The notes beneath the pieces are model-generated. The model ran no database searches. It saw only the letters and a program-made list of their open reading frames with translations, and was not told the DNA's origin. Of a stretch of DNA of 64,000 bases, positions 8,892-17,942 are shown one piece after another; the stretch's first letter is position 1; every line of letters begins with the position of its first letter. Source of the DNA: Rhizomicrobium sp. (lineage in GTDB: Bacteria > Pseudomonadota > Alphaproteobacteria > Micropepsales > Micropepsaceae). The stretch is from contig DASZQW010000032.1 of assembly GCA_035549455.1 (NCBI GenBank), positions 46,960 to 110,959 of the forward strand, in the 5' to 3' direction. The translations under genes and the position numbers were made by a program.

Positions 8892-9829
8892 GCACCAGGA
8901 AGTCGCCGATCACCACCCTGGAGTTTGACGACAACCGGCTGCTGCGCGCCCTGGGCGGGCCCCATGCCAAGCACTTCGCGCGGCTGGAACAGAAGCTGAA
9001 TGTCGGCATCGACAGCCGCGGCAATCTTGTTTCGGTGGAGGGGGCGGGGCGCGAACGCGCCGCCGCGATCCTGCGCGCGCTCTATGCCCGGCTGGAAGCG
9101 GGCGAAAGCATCACCCTGGCCGAAGTCGATGCCGAGATCCGCTTCACTGACGATGCGCGCGTCCATGCGCCGGGTGCGCTCAGGACCGCATCGGGTCGCG
9201 CGGTCAGGCCGCGCTCGCCGGCCCAGTCCTCCTATATCGAGATGATGCGGCATTGCCCCCTCACCTTCGGTATCGGCCCGGCGGGCACGGGCAAGACCTA
9301 TCTGGCGGCGGCCTTCGCAGCCCATATGCTGCATGAAAAGCGGGTGGACCGCCTGATCCTGTCGCGGCCCGCGCTGGAAGCGGGGGAGCGGCTGGGCTTC
9401 CTGCCGGGCGACCTGAAAGAGAAGATCGATCCCTATCTGCGCCCGCTCTATGACGCGCTGTTCGACGTCCTGGGCGACAAGGCCGGAAGGCTGATGGAGC
9501 AGGGCGTGATCGAGGTGGCGCCGCTGGCCTTCATGCGCGGCCGCACCCTTGCCCGCGCTTTTGTCATTCTGGACGAGGCGCAGAACACCACCGGGGCGCA
9601 GATGATGATGGTGCTGACCCGGCTGGGCGAGGACAGCCAGATGGTGGTGACCGGCGATCCCAGCCAGTCCGACCTGCCCGGCGGGCGGGCCGAGGGGCTG
9701 AACGAGGCGCTGGCCTTTCTGGAAGGCGTGGAAGGGGTTGGGGTGACGCGCTTTACGGAAAAAGATGTCGTGCGCCATCCCCTCGTCGCGCGCATCGTCG
9801 CCGCCTATACTCGCCACGGCAGATCATGA
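8888..9829 (+). CDS. phoH: PhoH-like ATPase
   Basis: [37 protein letters not shown] and DEAQN motifs; TTG start. Confidence 0.93.
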   Translation: MSTRKSPITTLEFDDNRLLRALGGPHAKHFARLEQKLNVGIDSRGNLVSVEGAGRERAAAILRALYARLEAGESITLAEVDAEIRFTDDARVHAPGALRTASGRAVRPRSPAQSSYIEMMRHCPLTFGIGPAGTGKTYLAAAFAAHMLHEKRVDRLILSRPALEAGERLGFLPGDLKEKIDPYLRPLYDALFDVLGDKAGRLMEQGVIEVAPLAFMRGRTLARAFVILDEAQNTTGAQMMMVLTRLGEDSQMVVTGDPSQSDLPGGRAEGLNEALAFLEGVEGVGVTRFTEKDVVRHPLVARIVAAYTRHGRS

Positions 9830-10269
9830 GCGGGATCACCCTGGTGGTGGAAGACAAGGGCTGGCGCAAGCGGCGCGGCATCCAGAGCCGGTTGAAGCAG
9901 GCCGCCCAGGTGGCGGCGCGGGCCGCCAGGCTGAAGGGCGAAGTCACGCTCCTGTTGGCAGGCGACACCAGGCTGCGCGCCCTCAACCGCGCCTTTCGCG
10001 GCCAGGACAAGGCGACCAATGTCCTGTCCTTTCCGGGCGATGAAGGCGGCGACATCGCCATCGCCCTGGGTGTCACGGCCCGCGAAGCCAAAGCCCAGGG
10101 CAAGCCCTTTGCCGATCACGCCGTCCATCTGGCGGTCCATGGCGTGCTGCATCTGGCGGGCTACGACCATGTGCGGCCCCGCGACGCCAGGCTGATGGAA
10201 CCGCTGGAAGTGAAGATTCTCAAGCGGCTGGGCATCGCCGACCCCTATGTCCTGGGCGTGGCGAAATGA
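9826..10269 (+). CDS. ybeY: rRNA maturation RNase YbeY
   Basis: LN..FRG.DK.TNVLSFP, GDI and HGVLHLAGYDH motifs. Confidence 0.93.
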   Translation: MSGITLVVEDKGWRKRRGIQSRLKQAAQVAARAARLKGEVTLLLAGDTRLRALNRAFRGQDKATNVLSFPGDEGGDIAIALGVTAREAKAQGKPFADHAVHLAVHGVLHLAGYDHVRPRDARLMEPLEVKILKRLGIADPYVLGVAK

Positions 10270-11135
10270 GCGATCATCCGCTGAAACGCTTCTTGATGAA
10301 GCTCACCGGCAAGAATGCCGACGCCACCGCCATGCGCGAAAGCCTAGAGGAAGTGATCGAGGAAAGCGACCGCGAGTCCGCCGCTCTTTCAGACCAGGAG
10401 CGCATCATGCTCTCCAACCTGCTGGAGTTCGGGGAACTGAAGGTGAGTGACGTGATGGTGCCGCGCGCCGAGATCATCGCCGCCGACGAGACGTCGGGCC
10501 TGGCCGAGCTGCTGAAGATCTTCCGCGAGGCCCAGCATTCGCGCCTGCCGGTCTATCGCGAGACCCTCGACGATCCCACCGGCCTGATCCATGTGAAGGA
10601 CGTGCTGGGCCTTTTGGAAGTGACCGCCGAGGGCGCCTATTGCCTGTCACCCCAGGCGCAGATGGCCGGCCTGGTGCGGCCGATCCTGTTCGCCCCGCCC
10701 TCGATGCGCGCCCTCGACCTGCTGCTCAAAATGCAGGCCACCCATACACATCTGGCGCTGGTGATCGACGAATATGGCGGCACCGACGGGCTGGTCTCGA
10801 TCGAGGACATTATCGAAGAAATCGTGGGCGACATCGCCGACGAGCATGACGACGATCCCGCGACGCTGAAAGCCGATGGCGACGGGGTGATCGCCGATGC
10901 GCGCATGGACCTGGACGACTTCAAGGCCCAGACCGGCCATGACCTTCTGGTGGAAGAGGATGACGAGGGTGATATCGACAGCCTGGGCGGGCTGGTGACC
11001 TCGCTTCTGGGCCGGGTGCCGCAGCGCGGCGAGATTGTCACCCATCCCGACGGCAGCGAATTTTTGGTGCTGGACGCCGATCCCCGCCGGGTGCGCAAGC
11101 TGCGCGTCAAACTTCCCGCCCCGAAACCGGAATGA
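10266..11135 (+). CDS. corC: CBS/CorC-HlyC family (Mg2+/Co2+ transport) protein
   Basis: DVMVPR, HSRLPVY, VIDEYGGTDGLVSIEDIIEEIVG and a C-terminal CorC domain. Confidence 0.88.
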   Translation: MSDHPLKRFLMKLTGKNADATAMRESLEEVIEESDRESAALSDQERIMLSNLLEFGELKVSDVMVPRAEIIAADETSGLAELLKIFREAQHSRLPVYRETLDDPTGLIHVKDVLGLLEVTAEGAYCLSPQAQMAGLVRPILFAPPSMRALDLLLKMQATHTHLALVIDEYGGTDGLVSIEDIIEEIVGDIADEHDDDPATLKADGDGVIADARMDLDDFKAQTGHDLLVEEDDEGDIDSLGGLVTSLLGRVPQRGEIVTHPDGSEFLVLDADPRRVRKLRVKLPAPKPE

Positions 11136-12712
11136 ACCTCGCGGTCCGCATCGGCGCGCGCATCCGCGCTTTGTCCGGCTGGCGGCGGCTGGGCTTCGCC
11201 TTTGCCATGGGTGCGCTGTCGGCGCTGGCTTTTGCGCCGCTGGAAATTTTTCCGCTTCTGCTGCTCGGCTATGGCGCGCTGGTGCTGTTGATCGACGGCG
11301 CCGATGCCGGGCCGCGCCCCGTGCGCCGCGCCGCTGCGGCGGGATGGGCCTTCTGTTTCGGCCAGTTCCTGGTGGGCTTGCACTGGATCGGCTTCGCCTT
11401 CCTGGTCGATCCCTCCAACCATCTGTGGCAGATGCCGTTTGCCGTCACCGCATTGCCCGCCGGCCTGGCGCTCTATGGCGCGCTCGCCTGCGGCCTGGCG
11501 GCGTATTTCTGGCAGAACGGCCCGGCCCGGCTGTTTGTCTTTGCGGTGTTCATGGCGGGCGGCGAATGGCTGCGCGGCCATCTCTTCACGGGTTTTCCCT
11601 GGAACCTGTCGGCCTATGGCTGGGGCGCGTCGCTGGCGCTGCTGCAATCGGTCAGCCTGATGGGCAGTTACGGCCTGTCCTTCCTCACCATCCTGCTGGG
11701 TGCGTCGCTGGCAGAGCTGGCGGCGCGGCGCTGGAAGGCGACGACGGCTCTGGTGCTGGTTTTTGCCGGACTGTGGACGTTTGGCGTGTATCGCCTTGCA
11801 ACTACACCCTTGGCATCGGTTCGGGGTGTGGTGTTGCGGCTGGTACAACCCGATATTCCGCAGAAGGAGAAATTCGTCCGCAGCCTGATGCTGCGCAACT
11901 GGCGGCGGCTGGTGGAGCTCTCCATCCGCCCGCCGGACAAGGCTCTGGGCCCGCCCACGCATATCGTCTGGCCCGAAGCCGCTACCGGCTTCGCCGTCGC
12001 CCGCTCCGCCGGGGCGCTGGACCAGATCGCGCTCTTCACCATGCGCGGCCAGACCCTGTTGACCGGCTCGGTGCGGGTCGAAGCGACGCCTGAAGGCCGC
12101 GCCTGGTACAACAGCCTGTATCTGTTCGGCCCCCACGGGGCGCTGCCGCTGGTCTATGACAAGTTCCATCTGGTGCCGTTCGGCGAATATGTGCCTTATG
12201 CCCAGACCCTGGCGAAGATCGGCATTACCCAGGTAACCACCGGCGAAGGCGCCAGCGCCGGCGACCATCCCCATGTTCTGGCGGTGCCGGGCGCGCCCGA
12301 TGTCACGCCGCTGATCTGCTATGAAGTGATCTTTCCCCACGACGTCACCGATCCAGGCGCGCCGCGCCCCGGCTGGTTCGTCAATGTCACCGACGACAGC
12401 TGGTTCGGCCCCTGGGCCGGGCCGCGGCAGCATTTTCTCACCGCGCGGGTGCGCGCCATCGAGGAAGGCCTGCCCATCGCGCGCGCCGCCAACACCGGCA
12501 TCAGCGCCGTGATCGACGGCAACGGACGGGTGAGGGCCAGCTTGCCGCTTGGTGCGATGGGGGTGGTTGACGCCCGCCTGCCCCGGGCGCTGGCGCCCAC
12601 GCCATATGCCCGGTTTGGTGACCTTGTGTTTTTGCTGTTTTTGGCTATTGGCGCGCTGTGCGTCTTCGTCCTTGGCCGCAAACCGGGCGGCGCGCCCGCG
12701 CCCCGAAATTAA
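11132..12712 (+). CDS. lnt: Apolipoprotein N-acyltransferase
   Basis: TGFPWN, VWPEAA, YDKFHLVPFGEY, LICYE, NVTDDSWFG and RAANTGIS motifs. Confidence 0.95.
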   Translation: MNLAVRIGARIRALSGWRRLGFAFAMGALSALAFAPLEIFPLLLLGYGALVLLIDGADAGPRPVRRAAAAGWAFCFGQFLVGLHWIGFAFLVDPSNHLWQMPFAVTALPAGLALYGALACGLAAYFWQNGPARLFVFAVFMAGGEWLRGHLFTGFPWNLSAYGWGASLALLQSVSLMGSYGLSFLTILLGASLAELAARRWKATTALVLVFAGLWTFGVYRLATTPLASVRGVVLRLVQPDIPQKEKFVRSLMLRNWRRLVELSIRPPDKALGPPTHIVWPEAATGFAVARSAGALDQIALFTMRGQTLLTGSVRVEATPEGRAWYNSLYLFGPHGALPLVYDKFHLVPFGEYVPYAQTLAKIGITQVTTGEGASAGDHPHVLAVPGAPDVTPLICYEVIFPHDVTDPGAPRPGWFVNVTDDSWFGPWAGPRQHFLTARVRAIEEGLPIARAANTGISAVIDGNGRVRASLPLGAMGVVDARLPRALAPTPYARFGDLVFLLFLAIGALCVFVLGRKPGGAPAPRN

Positions 12713-12770
12713 TTGTTTGCGTGGGACGATAGATAAGGCAAGTTCCCGCCGTCTCTCATCTGAGTTCTGT

Positions 12771-13184
12771 GTGGCCAAGAAGCAAGCCAATCCCATTGAC
12801 GCGCAAGTCGGCAATCGCGTGCGGATCCGCCGCATGCTGATCGGCATGAGTCAGGAACGGCTGGGCGATCTGCTGGGCCTGACTTTCCAGCAGGTTCAGA
12901 AATACGAAAAGGGCGTCAACCGCATCGGCGCCGGCCGCCTGTTCGAGGTCTCGCGCATCCTCAATGTGCCGATCGACTTCTTCTACGAAGGCGTCAGCAG
13001 CCAGCTCGCCGGCCAGCCGGGCATGAATGAGCCACAGGGCGCGCCGCCGGTGATGGAGTTTGTTTCGTCCGGCGAAGGGCTCCAGCTCAGCCTCGCCTTC
13101 ATGAAGATCAAGGACGCCAAGGTCCGCAAGCGCGTGCTGGATCTGGTGAAGTCTTTGGCCGAAGAAGAAGAGCAGAAGCCCTAG
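12771..13184 (+). CDS. XRE/HTH-3 transcriptional regulator
   Basis: NPID..VG.RVR.RR...GMSQE.LG..LGLTFQQVQKYEKG.NRIGAGRL; GTG start inferred; typical neighbour of lnt. Confidence 0.88.
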   Translation: MAKKQANPIDAQVGNRVRIRRMLIGMSQERLGDLLGLTFQQVQKYEKGVNRIGAGRLFEVSRILNVPIDFFYEGVSSQLAGQPGMNEPQGAPPVMEFVSSGEGLQLSLAFMKIKDAKVRKRVLDLVKSLAEEEEQKP

Positions 13185-13287
13185 GCGCGGTTCTTTTGCG
13201 TCGTGGGTTCGTCGCGCCTTTGCTCATGTACTTTCATACACATCGCTCGGCGCTCCTGCCCACGCCACAAAACCCCTCGCGCCTTAA
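13182..13287. repeat. ~106-bp palindromic intergenic element (family B, CIR/ERIC-like)
   Basis: Near-identical to 15963-16069; termini TAGGCGCG...CGCGCCTTAA contain the stop codons of both flanking genes. Confidence 0.85.
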
Positions 13288-13604
13288 ACTTTCGGGCGAG
13301 ACGCTTTTTCTTCCAGGCCCGACCGGCCCTCGCGCGCCTTCAGCACCGCATAGACATCCTCGGGCGCAATGCCCGCCGCCGCCCACAGCACCAGCAGGTG
13401 ATACAGGACGTCGGCGGATTCCTTGGCCAGTTCGGCCTTGTCGTTCTGGGTGGCGGCAATCACCGCTTCCACCGCCTCCTCACCGAACTTCTTGGCGCAT
13501 TTCTCCACCCCCGCCGCCAGCAGCTTGGCGGTATAGGACTGGCCGGTGTCGCCACCCTTGCGGGCGGCGATGGTGGCGAACAGATGGTCGAGCGCGTTGG
13601 ACAT
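13284..13604 (-). CDS. hisE: Phosphoribosyl-ATP diphosphatase
   Basis: SYTAKLL..G, KKFGEEAVE and ESADVLYHLLVL motifs. Confidence 0.93.
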   Translation of the reverse strand: MSNALDHLFATIAARKGGDTGQSYTAKLLAAGVEKCAKKFGEEAVEAVIAATQNDKAELAKESADVLYHLLVLWAAAGIAPEDVYAVLKAREGRSGLEEKASRPKV

Positions 13605-13652
13605 TGCGGGGCTATAGCATGAACATGGTTGGGCCGCCTATATCGCAGCTCA

Positions 13653-13759
13653 GGCCCGTCTCCCCCTTCGCGGGCGCAAGCCCGCTCAAGGGGGAGGTGG
13701 TTTCAACGTGCGAAGGCGACCGGACGGGAGCCGAGCGAAAGTTGAAACCGGAGGGGGTC
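13653..13759. repeat. Bipartite palindromic element (family A)
   Basis: CTCCCCCTT...AAGGGGGAGGTGGTTTCAAC...GTTGAAACCGGAGGGGG; close to the reverse complement of 20023-20118. Confidence 0.8.
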
Positions 13760-13764
13760 ATCAA

Positions 13765-14610
13765 TCAAAGCCCGATTCGCGCCCGGATATCCGCCGGTGT
13801 CAGCCCCTGGGCGCGCAAGCTTTCCAGCGTCACCGCGCCATCGCGCTTGGAGAATTTCTTTCCCATCTCGTCCAGCACCAGCGCATGGTGCGCATAGGCC
13901 GGTTCCGGCAGGTGCAGTAGCGCCTGCAGCAGACGCTGGATATGGCTGGCCGCCAGCAGGTCTTCGCCGCGCGTCACCAGCGTCACTTGCTGGTAGGCGT
14001 CATCCACCACCACCGCCAGGTGATACGAGGTCGGCATGTCCTTGCGCGCAATCACGATGTCGCCGAAACGCAAGGGATCGACGGCAAAGCGATGGCCATG
14101 CTCCAGGAAGGTCAATGCGCCGGTCAGCGCCGCCGCGCGTGTCACATCCAGCCGCAGGGCAAAATTCTCCCCCGCCGCGATGCGGTCCGCGCCTTCGCCG
14201 CGCGACAAGGTGCGGCAGGTGCCGGGATAGAGGGGCCCCGGCGGCGGAGCCGCCAAATCAGAAGAGACAGGGCCATGTTGTGCTTCGTCGGCCCGGGCGA
14301 TCTCGGCGGCGATTTCGGCGCGGGTGCAGAAGCAGGGATAGACCAGGTCCTGCGCTTTCAGCACCGACAGCGCCTCGGCATAGGCCTGCATGCGGGTGGA
14401 TTGGCGCAAGGTCGGTTCGTCCCAGGACAGGCCCAGCCATTTCAGATCCTGGAAGATTGCCAGGATGAACGCATCGCGAGAGCGGCCTTTGTCGATATCC
14501 TCGATGCGCAGCAGGAAGTCGTCGCCCGACTCATGGGCGGTGATGGCGGCAAGGGCATGGCCCAGATGCAAGAGCCCGGTTGGACTGGGTGCGAACCTTG
14601 TGACAATCAT
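13765..14610 (-). CDS. gluQ: tRNA glutamyl-Q(34) synthetase (GluQRS)
   Basis: RFAPSPTGLLHLGH, LRIEDID, YPCFCTR, YHLAVVVDD and KFSKR motifs; no anticodon-binding domain. Confidence 0.88.
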   Translation of the reverse strand: MIVTRFAPSPTGLLHLGHALAAITAHESGDDFLLRIEDIDKGRSRDAFILAIFQDLKWLGLSWDEPTLRQSTRMQAYAEALSVLKAQDLVYPCFCTRAEIAAEIARADEAQHGPVSSDLAAPPPGPLYPGTCRTLSRGEGADRIAAGENFALRLDVTRAAALTGALTFLEHGHRFAVDPLRFGDIVIARKDMPTSYHLAVVVDDAYQQVTLVTRGEDLLAASHIQRLLQALLHLPEPAYAHHALVLDEMGKKFSKRDGAVTLESLRAQGLTPADIRARIGL

Positions 14611-14636
14611 GGCCCGGCATTAAAGCACGAACCGTC

Positions 14637-15314
14637 ATGACGCTCACCGGTCCCACATTGCCGCCCGCCCGGGGCCCCGCCACCCATTTGGTGGTGCTGG
14701 TGCATGGCTATGGCGCCGATGGCCAGGACCTGATCGGGCTGGCGGCCCACTGGCAGGGGCTGTTGCCGAGCGTGGCCTTTGCCGCGCCCAATGCGCCTAC
14801 CCGCGTGCCGGGCGCGCCGGGTTTCCAGTGGTTTGCCATCACGCGCATCGACCCGCACGAGATGCAAAAAGGCGTCGAGACCGCGGGTCCGATGCTGGAT
14901 GCCTATCTCGACGCCGAACTTTCCCGGCTGGGGGTGCCGCCCGAAAACCTGGCCCTGGCCGGATTCAGCCAGGGCACCATGCTGTCCCTTCATGTTGGCA
15001 TGCGTCGCAAGGTGAAGCCCGCCGCCATTGTCGGATTTTCCGGCATGCTGCCCGGCTCGCCGCCCGAGGGGGATTTTCCGCCCATCCTGTTGACGCATGG
15101 CGACAGCGATACCGTGATCCCGCCCCAGGCCCTGTTCCTGGCCGCGACCCAGCTGGGGCTGGCGGGCGCCTGTGTGCAGTGGCATCTTGCGCCGGGCATG
15201 GGCCATGGCATCGATCCCGAAGGCCTTGTCATTGCGGGAGGGTTTCTCGACCAGGCGTTTCGCGGCCTGTTGAAAACAGTGGGCGAGACCCGATGCGTCT
15301 ACAAAGTGTCATAG
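14637..15314 (+). CDS. Phospholipase/carboxylesterase (alpha/beta hydrolase)
   Basis: HGYGADG, GFSQG nucleophile elbow, HGDSD.V and GHGI motifs. Confidence 0.88.
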   Translation: MTLTGPTLPPARGPATHLVVLVHGYGADGQDLIGLAAHWQGLLPSVAFAAPNAPTRVPGAPGFQWFAITRIDPHEMQKGVETAGPMLDAYLDAELSRLGVPPENLALAGFSQGTMLSLHVGMRRKVKPAAIVGFSGMLPGSPPEGDFPPILLTHGDSDTVIPPQALFLAATQLGLAGACVQWHLAPGMGHGIDPEGLVIAGGFLDQAFRGLLKTVGETRCVYKVS

Positions 15315-15404
15315 CGAATCGGCTAGCCTGTTGAAGCTGTAAGGGGTTTTCCCCTAGGGTTGCTTGGTCGCGCAAAGGAGAACAGCCTTCAGGGAATTTC
15401 TTAC

Positions 15405-15965
15405 GTGCTAGCCGCCGCTGTCACATCCGGTAACTGTCCGGCGCTGGTGCTCAATGCCGATCATCGGCCGCTGAGCTATTACCCGCTGTCGCTATGGTCC
15501 TGGCAGGACACCATCAAGGCGGTGTTCCTGGAGCGCGTCACCATCCTTGAGGAATATGACCGGGTGGTGCATTCGGCGCGCTTTGCGATGAAGCTGCCCT
15601 CGGTGGTCTCGCTCAAGACCTATATCAGGCCGGCGCGCCGCCCCGCCTTCACCCGCTTCAACGTCTTCCTGCGCGACCAGTTCGAATGCCAGTATTGCGG
15701 CGACCCCAAGGACCTAACCTTCGATCATGTGGTGCCGCGCAGCAAAGGCGGGCGCACCACCTGGGAAAATGTCGTCACCGCCTGTTCGCCCTGCAACCTG
15801 ACCAAGGGGGGGCGCATGCCCGGCCAGGCCAGGATGCATCCGCGCATCCGTCCCCACCAGCCCACGGTGATCGAGCTGCGCGAACATGGCCGCAGGTTTC
15901 CGCCCAATTACCTGCATGACAGTTGGGCGGACTATCTCTACTGGGATTCGGTGCTGGAGCCGTAA
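15405..15965 (+). CDS. Conserved alphaproteobacterial HNH endonuclease
   Basis: ALVLNAD.RPLSYYPLS.W and RD.F.CQYCG...LTFDHV.PRS.GG.T.WENVV.AC..CN motifs; start uncertain. Confidence 0.88.
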   Translation: MLAAAVTSGNCPALVLNADHRPLSYYPLSLWSWQDTIKAVFLERVTILEEYDRVVHSARFAMKLPSVVSLKTYIRPARRPAFTRFNVFLRDQFECQYCGDPKDLTFDHVVPRSKGGRTTWENVVTACSPCNLTKGGRMPGQARMHPRIRPHQPTVIELREHGRRFPPNYLHDSWADYLYWDSVLEP

Positions 15966-16069
15966 GGCGCGGTCTTTTTGCGTCGTGGGTTCGTCGCGCC
16001 GTCGCTCATGCACGTCTTGTGCACATCGCTAGGCGCTCCTGCCCACGCCGCAAATATCCTCGCGCCTAG
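15963..16069. repeat. ~107-bp palindromic intergenic element (family B)
   Basis: Matches 13182-13287; termini TAAGGCGCG...CGCGCCTAG contain the HNH and coq7 stop codons. Confidence 0.85.
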
Positions 16070-16623
16070 ATTCTTTCGGACAGTTTGATGGCGATGCGGC
16101 AGCCCGCCTTGATCGTCTCGCTCAACAACTTGTAGCCCATAGCCTGCTCGGCGCCTTGCTTCAGCGCCGTGTCGCGGTGCTCGGCCTCGTCGGCGCGAAA
16201 ATCCTCCACCACCGCCTTCAAGGGCGGATCGCGGCCGTCTTCCAGCGCCGTGATCTGCGCCGCGTAATGCGCGTCAATCACTTCTTCCACCGCCGCCGTG
16301 CAGGCAAAGGCAGCCTTTTCGCCCAGCGCGGCGCTGGCCGCGCCCAGCGCAAAGCCGGCGATGCGCCAGACCGGCTCCAGCGCGGTGGGCCGCACCTTGC
16401 GTTCGTTCACCAGCGCATCAAAGGCTTTCAAGTGACGCTGTTCCTGTTCGGCCATGTGCGTGATGGTCTCCACCGCATGGTCCGAACCCTTGCGGCGCTT
16501 CAGCACCGCAAGCTGGCCCTGATAGATGCGCACCGCGCCATATTCGCCGGCATGATCGACGCGGATCATGGCTTCGATGTCGATATGGGAACCGGGGGCG
16601 GCGGGCTTGGCTTTGCGCGTCAT
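16066..16623 (-). CDS. coq7: Demethoxyubiquinone hydroxylase (COQ7/CLK-1 family)
   Basis: MIRVDHAGEYGA..IY.GQ, EQ.H, AVEEVI..HY and F..DEAEH di-iron motifs. Confidence 0.92.
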   Translation of the reverse strand: MTRKAKPAAPGSHIDIEAMIRVDHAGEYGAVRIYQGQLAVLKRRKGSDHAVETITHMAEQEQRHLKAFDALVNERKVRPTALEPVWRIAGFALGAASAALGEKAAFACTAAVEEVIDAHYAAQITALEDGRDPPLKAVVEDFRADEAEHRDTALKQGAEQAMGYKLLSETIKAGCRIAIKLSERI

Positions 16624-17078
16624 GACCGTCCCCGGACCAGCAGCAGGGTGCCGACCAGCGCCGCGCCTATAGAAAAGATCGCGTTATAAGCCGCCAGCGA
16701 CAGGCCCAGCAGTGACCAGGTCACCACATTGCAGCTCACTTCCGGCGGCGGCGCACCCGAGCCCATGACATAGGCATGCGCCACGGTGCAGGCGGTCGGG
16801 CCGGGCAGAACGCCCAGCTGCATGCCGGTCTGGTACAGGCCGATCAGGCCCGAAGCCAGCACCAGCAGCACGGTCAGCAGGGCCAGCGGCCGGGCCTGCC
16901 GCTTCCACACTGGCACAACCGCCAGCCCGATGATGGCGGCGGCGATATGCGGCCAGCGCTGCCAGTGGCACATCTCGCATGGCGCCAGATGGCGCAGATA
17001 CTGGAACCCCAGCGCGCCCAGGATCAGCGCCAGCGCAACCGCGCCCATCAGCCTTGCTATCTGGTCATCACGAAACAT
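16620..17078 (-). CDS. dsbB: Disulfide bond formation protein B
   Basis: LAPCEMCHWQRWPH (CxxC), a second Cys pair (C...C) and four hydrophobic segments. Confidence 0.85.
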   Translation of the reverse strand: MFRDDQIARLMGAVALALILGALGFQYLRHLAPCEMCHWQRWPHIAAAIIGLAVVPVWKRQARPLALLTVLLVLASGLIGLYQTGMQLGVLPGPTACTVAHAYVMGSGAPPPEVSCNVVTWSLLGLSLAAYNAIFSIGAALVGTLLLVRGRS

Positions 17079-17152
17079 TGCCGAGATTAATCTTCCTGTG
17101 CCGCCGCGAACCGCGCTAAGACTTAGCATAGTCGCGCGAGGCAATCAGCAGA

Positions 17153-17881
17153 GTGTTCTTCAACAGAAAGCCGCAGCCCGACCGGGCCGACCTGCTGATC
17201 GACGGTCGCATCCTGGAAGTGAAGGTGCGCCTCAATCCTCGCACCCGGCGCATGATCGTCAAGGTCAATCCCGCCACCGGCGAGGTCAGTGTCACCGCGC
17301 CGACGCGGCGCGGATTGGCGCATGCGCTGGATTTCGCCCGCGGCGAGAAAGACTGGATCGCCAGGCAGCTGGCCCGCGCGCCGGGCCCGGTGCCGCTTCA
17401 GCCCGGCGTCACTTTGCCGTTTCGCGGCCAGGACCATGAAATTCGCGCCGCCGGCAAGGCGGGTGCCGCGCCGGTCTGGCGCGACGCAGGCGTCATCTGG
17501 GTCAGGGGCGCCGCCGCCCATGCCCCGCGCCGCATTCTGGACTTTTTGAAACGTGAGGCCCGCGCCCGCTTTGAAGAACGCGCCCTGCACCATGCCGCGC
17601 GTCTGGGCGCCAAGCCATCGCGCATCACGGTGCGCGACACCGCCAGCCGCTGGGGCTCCTGCTCGTCGGGACGGGCGCTGTCCTTTTCCTGGCGGCTGAT
17701 CCTGGCCCCGGACTTCGTGCTGGATTATGTGGTCGCTCATGAGGTGGCGCATCTCAGAGAGATGAACCACAGCCCGCGCTTCTGGGCGCATGTCAGAAGC
17801 CTGGCCCCGGACATCGACACGGCGCAGGACTGGCTCAAGAAAAACGGCTGCGAGCTGCAACGCTACGGCGTCAAGGTCTAG
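17153..17881 (+). CDS. M48/SprT-like zinc-dependent hydrolase (YgjP family)
   Basis: SRWGSCS, FSWRLILAP..VLDYVVAHEVAHL.EMNHS..FW motifs. Confidence 0.87.
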   Translation: MFFNRKPQPDRADLLIDGRILEVKVRLNPRTRRMIVKVNPATGEVSVTAPTRRGLAHALDFARGEKDWIARQLARAPGPVPLQPGVTLPFRGQDHEIRAAGKAGAAPVWRDAGVIWVRGAAAHAPRRILDFLKREARARFEERALHHAARLGAKPSRITVRDTASRWGSCSSGRALSFSWRLILAPDFVLDYVVAHEVAHLREMNHSPRFWAHVRSLAPDIDTAQDWLKKNGCELQRYGVKV

Positions 17882-17942
17882 TCCGGCCTCATGTCGCGCT
17901 TGGGCGGGCGAAAGGTCCACCGGACCTTTCGCTGATCCGCCC

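Noticed and set aside
10637-12847. 736-aa minus-strand ORF and other long antisense ORFs (17790-20018, 25957-27549, 34892-36337, 46472-49489, 51631-53703, 58939-62073)
   Set aside because: Each mirrors a well-supported gene on the opposite strand or frame and has shadow-like composition.
15405-15965. HNH nuclease as a homing or mobile element or defence gene
   Set aside because: Matches a conserved chromosomal alphaproteobacterial HNH family; no intron, att site or cargo context.
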